A stretch of 60,248 bases of DNA, filler included, from Nitrospinae bacterium RIFCSPLOWO2_12_FULL_45_22 (GTDB taxonomy: Bacteria; 2-12-FULL-45-22), in NCBI GenBank assembly GCA_001803565.1. It is 9 parts of 9 records of this genome, joined end to end, with 100 filler letters (N's around TTAATTAATTAA, not from the genome) between each part and the next. Parts side by side here need not be neighbours in the genome. Positions count along the whole stretch, not along the records: positions 41,497 to 47,051 come from MHDQ01000214.1; positions 47,152 to 53,446 come from MHDQ01000215.1; 7 more parts are not named here. One strand, 5' to 3'. The position numbers were made by a program, and so were the translations under genes. Positions 41,716 to 51,362 of this stretch are shown here, one piece after another. Within the stretch, counting starts at the first letter, position 1. Every line of letters starts with the position of its first letter. The notes under the pieces are model-generated. The model did not search any database. It was not told the origin of the DNA and saw nothing but the letters and a program-made list of their open reading frames with translations.

Positions 41716-44700
41716 ATGGCACCGATCTCAGGGAATATTATTCAGGTAAAGGGGGCCCGGCAGAACAATTTAAAGAATATCTCCTTTGATCTTCCCCTGA
41801 ACGAAATCACCGTCATAACCGGTGTGAGTGGCTCTGGCAAGTCGAGCCTGGCCTTTGATACCCTTTATGCTGAGGGGCAGAGGCGGTATGTAGAGAGTTT
41901 TTCCGCTTATGCCCGGCAATTTCTGGAGCGTATGAGCCGGCCCCTGGTAGATGAAATTCATGGTATCCCACCCGCTATTGCCATTGACCAGACTAATCCT
42001 ATCAAGAATGCCCGCTCCACAGTAGGCACCATAACAGAAATAAGCGATTATCTCAAGCTCCTCTATGCCAAGCTAGGGCGGCTGTTCTGCCGGGGCTGTG
42101 GACAGGAGGTTTATAAAGACACCCCGGAAACCATATGGGATAAGCTATCTGACTCCCTCACAGGCCAGCAGATTATTATCACTTTTCCCGCACCCCAGGA
42201 GAAGGAATTATTGCCTTCCTGGAGGAGGTTAGGTTTTACCCGGGCCCTTTGCCGAGGCATCACAATTGAGTTAGAGAGCGGGTCAGAAGACCCGCTCCTA
42301 CCCCCGGGTAGTGTTGGGTTTTCTGACCCAGCAAAAAAGGGAGATCCATATATGTTTGATTTAACGGAGGACAACTTACAGGTACTAAAGACTCAGGGCC
42401 AGGCCGATATTGATATTGTAGTGGACAAGGTTATCTTTACCAGACAGGAGCGGGGCCGGCTAATAGATTCCTTAGAGCAGGCCCTTAAGTTTGGCCAGGG
42501 GCACTTAACCATCCACGGACCAAACTCGGCCCTGCTTAAATTCAGCAGCATCTATCACTGCCCTAGGTGCGACATTAGATATAAGGAACCAGAGCCCAAC
42601 CTCTTCTCTTTTAACAGTCCGTTAGGGGCATGTAGCCACTGTAGGGGATTTGGCCGCACCATTGACTTTGACTTGAACCTGGTCATTCCCGACCCCTCTA
42701 AGCCCCTAAAAGATAAGCCTATTAAGCCCTGGAATACCCCGGCCTATATCATGGCCTATGATGACCTGAAGAAGTTCTGCCACCGGCACAAGATATTCTG
42801 GCATACCCCCTTCAAGGACTTGCCCGGGGAACAGAAACAGCTCATTATTAATGGGACTACCGATTTTTATGGTATTAAAGGCTTCTTCGATTGGCTAGAG
42901 TCCCGAACTTATAAGACCCATGTCCGGGTATTCCTATCCAAATATCGCGGCTACTTCAAATGCCCCAACTGTCAGGGAACCCGCTTCAAGCCAGAGGCCC
43001 TCTTATTCTGGATCAATGGTAAGAATATTGCCCAGATTAATGCCCTAAATATCTCTGATGCCCTGGAATTCTTTAACCATCTTCCCCTTAGCCCATGGGA
43101 ATATCAGGTTGCCCGCCTTATCCTGGAGGAGATCAGGGGACGATTAACCTACTTAAAGGAAGTGGGTCTCGATTATCTTACCCTGGATCGTCAGTCCCGG
43201 ACGTTATCAGGCGGTGAGGTAGAGCGGGTAAACTTAACCACCGCCCTGGGTTCTTCTCTGGTCAATACGCTATATATCCTGGATGAGCCCAGCATAGGAC
43301 TCCATCCCCGCGACAGCCACCGATTAATAAAGATATTACACCGCCTGAAGAGGAACAAAAACACTATTGTAGTAGTAGAGCATGACCCAGAGATAATTGC
43401 ACAGGGCGATAATATCCTGGACTTAGGCCCGGGCCCTGGTGAGCAGGGGGGTCAGCTTATATTTTTCGGTAAATATAAAGAGTTACTAAAAGAAAAAAGG
43501 TCTTTAACCGGGCAATACCTGGCCCACAGGCAGACTATTCCTTACCCTGAGACTCGTCGGCAGCCCGGTAAGGCCGGCTGGTTAACCATCCTGGGGGCGC
43601 AAGAGAATAATCTAAAGAATATTGATATACGTATCCCTTTAGGCCTGACGGTCTGTATTACCGGGGTATCGGGCTCGGGCAAGAGCACCCTGGTGGAACA
43701 GATCCTCTACTTTGGCTATAAGAAACTCAGGGGAGAGGGGATAGGTATACCGGGTTCCTGTAAGGCTATTGAGGGTTGGGAGCAGATTAAAGATATTATC
43801 CTGGTAGATCAGGCCCCTATTGGCCGTACCCCCCGCTCTAATCCAGTAACTTATGTTAAGGCCTATGACCATATCCGGCAACTCCTGGCCCAGATGCTAG
43901 CGTCCCAGGAGCGGGGTTATACGGCCAGTACCTTCTCCTTCAATGTTGGCAATGGCCGCTGCCCGCAGTGTCGCGGTGAGGGTTATGAGAAGGTAGAGAT
44001 GCAATTCCTGTCTGATATATACATTACCTGCCCGGAATGCCAGGGGACGCGATATAAAAAAGAGGTCCTGGAGGTCTATTATCGCGGGAAAAATATCTGG
44101 GATATCCTGAACCTTACGATAAACGAAGCCATGGATTTCTTTGCCGACTCGCCCCAGATAGTCCAACCCCTGGCGGTCTTACAGGATGTGGGCCTGGGCT
44201 ACTTAAAGCTGGGACAGCCTATCAATACCCTTTCGGGCGGAGAATCTCAGCGCCTGAAGCTCGCCTACTACTCAGGGCGCCCGGCTGATGGCCATCATCT
44301 ATACATTTTTGATGAGCCTACTACCGGCTTGCATCTCCACGATATCAAGGTACTACTCCGGGCCTTCCAACGCCTAGTGGATCGAGGGGCTTCCCTGGTA
44401 ATTATTGAACATAACATGGAGGTGGTAAAGTGCGCTGATTACGTCATTGATCTAGGGCCTGAAGGGGGTGAGCAAGGCGGTTATGTGGTAGTAGCCGGCA
44501 CGCCCGAGGAGATAGCCCAGTGCCCCCATTCATATACCGGTAAGTTTTTGCAGAAATATCTTAAGAAGATGCCTTATGCTTATCCTTCCAGTGAATCTCC
44601 TATCTTTTCAAAAGAAGCATCCATGCCTGGGCAAGGCACGAGGGACTATGAAAATGTCATTATAAAAGGCGCCCGCGAGCATAATCTTAAAAGTATTGAC

Positions 44701-47051
44701 CTCAGCCTCCCCCGGGATAAACTGCTGGTAATTACTGGCCTTAGTGGGTCGGGCAAGTCCACACTGGCATTTGATATCTTGTTTTCCGAAGGGCAGCGCC
44801 GCTTCATTGAGAGCCTGTCGCCTTATGCCCGGCAATACCTGAAGCCGCTTAGCCGTCCCAATGTGGACTCTATCACTGGCATACCTCCCACAGTAGCTAT
44901 TGAACAGCGCAATACACAGGCAGGGAAAAAGTCCACGGTAGCTACTTTAACGGAAATCTATCACTATCTGCGCCTCCTCTATAGCAAGATCGGGCAGCAG
45001 TATTGCTATAAGTGTGGTCTACCGGTTTCTTCCCAAACCCAGGAAGAGATCTTTGAGTCTATTAAGAAAACCTATGCTGGCAGAGAGATTGTCATATTGA
45101 TCCCGGTGGTCCGGGCTAAGAAAGGGTATCATAAAGAGATACTGGAAAGGGCCCGGAAAGAGGGCTACCAAAAGGCCCGGATTGATAAAAAGGTAATGGA
45201 GCTAAAAGAAATACCCTCCCTGAAGCGCTACGTGGAGCACGATATAGATTTGGTGGCGGGTGAGCTGAAAATAGGTAGGGGGAAGGAGGAGAAACTGCAT
45301 AAGGTCATCATGTCGGCCTTGAGGGCTTCCACTGCTGGCATATATATCGTATCAGAAGGGATGCCAGAACAACTCTTCAGCCTCAAAGGGGTATGTTCCC
45401 GGTGTGGGCTGAGCCAGGAAGAGCTAGACCCCCGCCTCTTCTCCTTCAACATCCGCCATGGCGCCTGCCCCCAATGCAATGGCCTGGGGTTTGTGGAAGA
45501 CTTTGATCCGGGGCTTATCATACCAGACAAGAACCGCTCAATAAAAGATGGGGCTATCCTCCCATACCAGGGTGGGCCTTTCGATAGCCGCTTCCGGAAC
45601 AAGCTCTGGCGAGATATTCAGGATAAGCTCCGGATTCGGATAGATATACCTATAAAGAAAATTAGCCCTGAGAAGCAAAAAGCCCTGTCCTGTGGCACCG
45701 CTGGTTTTGAGGGGATTATACCGCAGATGAGACGGCTCATGCGGGATAGTTACCATAACAGCCTGATAGGGCGCCTGGGGCAATTCTTGCGGGAAATAGA
45801 ATGCCCGAAGTGCCAGGGACAGCGACTTAAACCCCAGGCCCTGGCGGTCAAGATTGCTGGTAAGTCCATCGCTGAGCTTACTGCCCTGACACCCAAAAAA
45901 GCCCTGGATTTCCTCTCCTCTCTATCTTTATCTAAGCGGGATAGCGCAGTGGCAGAAAATATCCTGCATGAGCTAAAGGTCAAGCTCAGGTTCTTAGAGG
46001 AGGTAGGGCTCTCTTACCTGACCCTGGAGCGTCGTGGTGATACGCTCTCCGCGGGCGAAGCCCAGCGGGTTAAGCTGGCAGCCCAGTTGGGCTCGAATTT
46101 ACGTGGCGTATGCTATATCCTCGATGAGCCTACTATCGGCCTCCATCCCCGGGATAATCAGAGGCTGTTGGCTATCTTAAAAGAATTGAGAGATAAGGGT
46201 AATAGTATTGTAGTAGTAGAGCACGACAAAGATACCATCCTGAATGCCGACCTGATTGTGGATATGGGCCCGGGTGGTGGCAGGAATGGTGGTGAGATTA
46301 TTATTGTAGGCAGTGTTGAAGAATTGAAAAGGAACGAGGGGTCCCTCACCGGTACCTGGCTCAATGGCCCTAAGCTTGTCCTGAACAACAGCGAAGGACC
46401 TTCCCTGGCACAAAAAGAGCAAGCCAGACAAACAAATTTTCTCCGGATAATAGGGGCGCAGGAGAATAACTTAAAAGATATTGATATCAGCATCCCTTTG
46501 GGGCGCTTTACCTGTGTGACCGGGGTCTCCGGTTCGGGTAAGAGTACCCTGGTTCAGGAGATAATTTATAAATCCCTGAAGAGGCATTTATCGGGGTATT
46601 ATGGCCGGGTAGGAGCCCATAAGGCCCTCGTGGGATTTGAGCAGTTGGAGCGGGTATTAGAGGTTGACCAGACACCTATCGGCAAAACCCCCCGTTCTAT
46701 CCCGGCATCGTATGTAGGTTTCTATGATGAAATCCGGCGCTTATTTTCTCAAATACCCGAAGCCCGTGCCCGGGGCTACCGCCCGGGGCGTTTCTCTTTC
46801 AATGTTAAAGGGGGACGGTGTGAGGCCTGCGCAGGCCAGGGTAAGATAAAGCTAGAGATGAGTTTCCTGCCCGAGGTCTATGTCCTTTGCGAGCAATGTC
46901 AGGGCAAGCGATTCAATAAAGAGACCCTGGAAATAACCTATAAAGAAAAGAATATAGCCGATGTGCTGGATATGACAGTAGAAGAGGCGGTAGAGTTTTT
47001 CCGACCCATACCCAAGATCTATCGTCCCTTATATATCCTCGAGGAACTGGG
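41716..47051 (+). CDS. uvrA: Double-length excinuclease ABC subunit A (3' partial)
   Basis: Two tandem UvrA units; four GxSGSGKS Walker A motifs; LFSFN..GAC and FSFN..GRC each present twice. Confidence 0.95.
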
Positions 47052-47213
47052 NNNNNNNNNNNNNNNNNNNNNNNNNNNNNNNNNNNNNNNNNNNNTTAAT
47101 TAATTAANNNNNNNNNNNNNNNNNNNNNNNNNNNNNNNNNNNNNNNNNNNNAATTGTATTTATAGATTCTGTTTTTTTGTATTGAGAAATTACCTCTTAG
47201 GAATATTGTTTTT

Positions 47214-47927
47214 TCACTTGACGATAACCTCAATAGGTGACCCCATTAGTTTCTTAGTAACAGTTCCCCCTCCCCTAACCCCTCCCACCAGGGGCGGGGA
47301 ATACTCATTGTCCCCTTGTATTCCTCCCCCTGTCCCCCTCACTGAGGGGGAGAAAGGGGGAGGAGGGAGGTTTAGGTGGGGGTGAACAGTTACGGTTTTT
47401 ATTTGTGCGATAAGGTTTTTTATGATCGTTTTGCAAGTCTCAATCCCCTCACCAGTAACTGTAGAGACAGGTACAATGGGTGCATCTTCCAGTAATGTAC
47501 CTTTCAAAATATTTTTTATATCTTCCTGCACTATGGCCAGCCATTCATCAGTTACAAGGTCTTTTTTCGTTAAGGCAACAATGCCGTGCCGGATTCCCAG
47601 GAGGTTAATGATTTCCAGATGTTCGATGGTCTGCGGCATAATGCCATCGTCAGCCGCAATAACGAACAATACGAGGTTTATGCTGGTTGCGCCTGCCAGC
47701 ATATTTTTAACGAAACGTTCGTGTCCCGGCACATCTACAATGCTGACCCTCTGACCTGAATCGAGGTCGAGATAGGCATAGCCTAAATCTATGGTCATCC
47801 CCCGCTGTTTCTCTTCAGGCAGCCTGTCGGTATCAATCCCGGTCAATGCCTTTACGAGGGATGTCTTTCCGTGATCAATATGACCTGCCGTCCCAATAAT
47901 GATATGTTCAACGTGATGAGTATTCAT
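47214..47927 (-). pseudogene. selB: SelB G domain, truncated after a repeat insertion
   Basis: [41 protein letters not shown]; stops before domain II. Confidence 0.75.
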
Positions 47928-48161
47928 GATTCGTGGAGACGCTGATTGTTTCATAAGTTTATCGTGTCAAGATTCATACTCGTTCCCAAACTCTCAGACT
48001 GNNNNNNNNNTCTCAGACTGAGGAATTCTTACTTTCCCCTCTTAAAAGGCTTGTCCCGTACTCCGATACGGGAAGGGACTAAGGGGGGTGTCCTTTACCC
48101 TCCCCTCTAAAAAGAGGGGTCGGGGGGTGTGTTCCTAGTATTCCCCTCTAAAAAGAGGGGA

Positions 48162-48545
48162 TTAAGGGGTGTGTTTCTTCCGTTCTTCACAATCTTCAAT
48201 AAAGCATCGAATTACTTGTAAAACCCCATCCGTATTTTTCATTGCATCTTCGTCGCAGAATCTCAGTACCGTTATCCCCAATTCCTTTAATCTCTCTTGT
48301 TTTAAGACGTCTTTCTTTACAATTTCTTCAAATGTATGAGTATAACCATCCAACTCAATAGCGAGTTTTAATTTGTTACAGAAAAAATCTAATATAAAAT
48401 TACCAATTGGTTTTTGCCGATGAAAATCATACCCCATCATTTTCTTACTCTTCAAGTATTGCCAGAGTTTAATTTCTGATTTCGTACTCTTATTTCTCAA
48501 TTTCCGTGCAAGTTCTTTGAGTTTTGGATGGTAATTTATCTTCAC
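48162..48545 (-). CDS. DUF559/Vsr-like endonuclease
   Basis: ARKLR..E..LW, FHRQKPIG, IELDG..H, G.TVLRF; flanked by cccctc..gagggg hairpins. Confidence 0.88.
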   Translation of the reverse strand: MKINYHPKLKELARKLRNKSTKSEIKLWQYLKSKKMMGYDFHRQKPIGNFILDFFCNKLKLAIELDGYTHTFEEIVKKDVLKQERLKELGITVLRFCDEDAMKNTDGVLQVIRCFIEDCEERKKHTP

Positions 48546-48563
48546 GGAAAACACACCCCTTGG

Positions 48564-48658
48564 AGGCTGTCTAAAAAGTCCATAAACCATACAAAAAGTA
48601 GGGGCTGAAAATCTTCAGCCCTTACATATGGTACGTTCAAAATACTTTTTGGACAGCC
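48564..48658. repeat. Small element with terminal inverted repeats and an internal GTAG-type REP hairpin
   Basis: ggctgtctaaaaagt / actttttggacagcc; gtaggggctgaaaatcttcagccc. Confidence 0.65.
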
Positions 48659-48782
48659 CCATAAAACACACCCCTTTGTCCCCTCTTTTTAGAGGGGAAA
48701 GCACGATGCTCCGTTAATTCGAGGGTTCAGGCTTCGTCGTGAGCAAAGCCGAACTGTTTCAACGTGAACCCGCTGGGGAGGC

Positions 48783-48873
48783 CACTAACGTTAAGGGTAA
48801 CCAGCGGCGACATCCAAGCTCGCCCGTCAGGCCACCCGCGCTTCTCGCCGTCTGGTTGACCCGCTTGTTAACT
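48783..48873 (-). other. attC site
   Basis: AGTTAAC aagcgggtcaaccagacggcga ... tcgccgctggttaccc ttaac GTTAGTG. Confidence 0.85.
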
Positions 48874-49994
48874 GCATATTTTTGTTACACATTCAACTGC
48901 TTGGCCAGGATCAGACAATACCTTACATTTGTACTTTTTATCAAACCCAATATTATTCCTTGAAACTAAGTCTCTCAGACTATGCTCAGTAAAAAAATAA
49001 TCAAAGTATGGTAATGCGGCTTGCGCATGGCGAAAATCTGACATGTCATTGGTTTTAACCTTCCTGTTAACATCTTGTCTAACTGAAGCATGCAGCCCTG
49101 CAGCAATAACTAATGTTGGGAAATAATTTCCAAGTTTGTTCTTTCTGAAAACATGATAAATAATATTTGCTATTTGTTTTCCTGAATTAGTAGCCTCCAC
49201 CTCCTCTGTTGCTGGCTTGTAACCCTTTCCCTTTTCAAATAAATAAATCAAAGCGTCTTCAAACAGATGTGAGAAGAGATCTATTACTCCAGCAATCTCT
49301 GAGAGGAAAAGTTGCTTGAATGAATTGTTTTCATTGGCGTACTTAATTTTATTTTCATTTAGTTTATCTGAAATATCGTTATATTTAGGCATGGCTAAAA
49401 TGTTTTCCATACCTATTACTCTTATCATGTCGGTTAAAGAAAGGGACCACATTTGGTCAAAAAATGCTTTCTGGATTACTAACGCCTCTTCTGGTGAGAA
49501 CGGAGTTGATGTAGGGTGCGATGCCCCATATATATATGACACTTTTGACCAAACAAAAATATCAGGATGGCATACAGAGTTCTTGCCCTTAGTTGAACTG
49601 TGAATGAAATAAAGAATTTCGAATTTTATTCTTTCTTCAGTAGATAATAACGCAACCCCCCTTGATAAATCGTCTATAAGGCTGGCCGAAGCGCTGAGAG
49701 TTGAAGGGTCTGACTGTAGCAAACTTCATAAAAATTTTCGTCACTGATTGGGCAAATTAACTTACCAGCTTCCACTCCATTGTGTAACAGCTCCAAGAGT
49801 TTCACGAAATTCTTATTTTCTTGTCTTCCCAAAATGACATTTCTTAATTCCAGCCAATAATTTGTGTCCAGGTAAATTTTCTTGCAATTTTTAATTTCTT
49901 CTCCAAGTTGTAGCCTTAACCCCTTTGTATATTCCTCAAGCGATATGTTTGGTTCTTGACGATGTTTTTCAAAAGTATTGACGAATTTCATCAT
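48868..49994 (-). pseudogene. PIN-like hypothetical cassette gene split by a 1-nt frameshift near 49722
   Basis: IYLDTNYW in the first part joins LQSDP.. in the second; C-terminal NDMSDFRH..PYFDYFFTE; cassette bounded by gttaactgc / gcagttaac. Confidence 0.65.
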
Positions 49995-50006
49995 TTTCGA
50001 AGCAGT

Positions 50007-50135
50007 TAACAAATTATTATACAGACCTGTATATCCTGCTAAAAGCGAGATATACGAGAAAAGGCACGTTGTGTACCGGAATTAAATCATGCAATATGGT
50101 GACTGTTTCCACACTGCTTTTGCCGGTTCAATCCC
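50007..50135 (-). repeat. attI/promoter-like direct repeat, copy A
   Basis: Colinear with copy B at an offset of 710; ends TATAATaatttGTT on the minus strand. Confidence 0.9.
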
Positions 50136-50293
50136 CGCACAGGAATTCAAACTGGCGGGTGAATCCAACTCCTGGGTTCAAGTTGCAAACTTGAACCCAC
50201 TTGGGGAGTCTTGCTCTAAATATTTAGTCCCTAATTCAGTCGAACGAAATGGCTGTAAGTGCCCATCTTTATTTAATACACGATAAAGAGGCA

Positions 50294-50695
50294 TTATTTA
50301 CTCGCCTTTCTTATGACTTCCTTTTCGATTTTGGGCGGAAGCTGCCAAAACCCAAGAGCACCGTTACAATAAATTGGCTCAATAGAGCGGGGATTTTTTA
50401 AAACAAAGCCATATGCACCGCCGAACCACTTCGATTTGGAATTTGTTACACAATCTACTATATCTACAAATCCGATAACTGCACCACGGGTTATGACTTT
50501 CAAATCAGGAATTTTCTTTCTATGATAATGTAGGAATAACTTTGCAGCTTCCTCATATTCTTTTATAGTCATTCCTTTTGCCGCATGAATAGCAACATTT
50601 CCTCGAAATAGGGTTGGCCAGTTTCTATTCTCTATATCTTTTCCAGCGAAAATAATTGCCCAAGCCCAAGGTTGCCTTACTGTTATAGCCTTCAT
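50294..50695 (-). CDS. ASCH domain protein
   Basis: MKAITVRQPWAWAI..GKDIENRNW..IHAAK..GALGFW. Confidence 0.9.
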   Translation of the reverse strand: MKAITVRQPWAWAIIFAGKDIENRNWPTLFRGNVAIHAAKGMTIKEYEEAAKLFLHYHRKKIPDLKVITRGAVIGFVDIVDCVTNSKSKWFGGAYGFVLKNPRSIEPIYCNGALGFWQLPPKIEKEVIRKASK

Positions 50696-50716
50696 ATTTA
50701 TGCCCTCATTTGCCAC

Positions 50717-50845
50717 TAACAAGTTATTATACAGTCCTGTATATTCTGCTAAAAACGAGATATGCGAGAAAAGGCACGTTGTGTGCCGGAATTAAATTAT
50801 ACAAAATGGTGGCTGTTTCCACGCTGCTTTTGCCGATTCAATCCC
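50717..50845 (-). repeat. attI/promoter-like direct repeat, copy B
   Basis: Ends TATAATaacttGTTAGTGGC in front of the ASCH gene. Confidence 0.9.
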
Positions 50846-50871
50846 ACAGCGGGTTTGCAACCTGAACCCGC

Positions 50872-51240
50872 TTAGGAGAGGTACTCGCACTTCGGACATT
50901 CATGCGTTGCGTTCTGGATACTCACGAAGTCTCGTGGAACCGGTCTCATGTAGAACGGCTTCGCCTTGGTCGAACAGTTCGGGCAGGTGGGAATATCACT
51001 CGGCCTCGCCGATGAAGCAGATGAGAGTTCGGCCACCTGTGCTTCCAGTACCTGATTGCGCTCTCTAAGGGAGAGACGCTCCTCACTCAGCTTGATATTC
51101 GTTTCGTGAAGTTCCGCGTGTTCCGCTTGGATGTTAACGATTAGTGATTGAATGGTATTCAACTCTGCCGCCACCTTGCGATCCTGAATCCGGCTCACAA
51201 GCTGCGTGAGCAGGTCAACTACGTCTTTGATTGCACCCAT
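50872..51240 (-). CDS. Hypothetical coiled-coil protein with C-terminal zinc ribbon
   Basis: Strong RBS; CPNC ... CPKC. Confidence 0.75.
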   Translation of the reverse strand: MGAIKDVVDLLTQLVSRIQDRKVAAELNTIQSLIVNIQAEHAELHETNIKLSEERLSLRERNQVLEAQVAELSSASSARPSDIPTCPNCSTKAKPFYMRPVPRDFVSIQNATHECPKCEYLS

Positions 51241-51253
51241 ATTCTCCTCCTCC

Positions 51254-51328
51254 TAACAAGTTATTATACAGACCTGTATATCCTGCTAAAGCGAGATATA
51301 CGAGAAAAGGCACGTTGTGTGCCGGAAT
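51254..51328 (-). repeat. attI/promoter-like direct repeat, copy C (shorter)
   Basis: Matches the GTT-proximal ~75 nt of copies A and B; ends TATAATaacttGTTAGGAG. Confidence 0.9.
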
Positions 51329-51362
51329 CAAGTTGCATACGCGAATCCGCTTAAAAGATATT

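Noticed and set aside
49674-50012. ORF listed on the + strand in the track
   Set aside because: The peptide is encoded on the minus strand; it is the 5' part of the frameshifted gene.
50004-51330. Triple repeat as a CRISPR array
   Set aside because: The repeats are 75-130 nt and are separated by whole genes; no cas genes.
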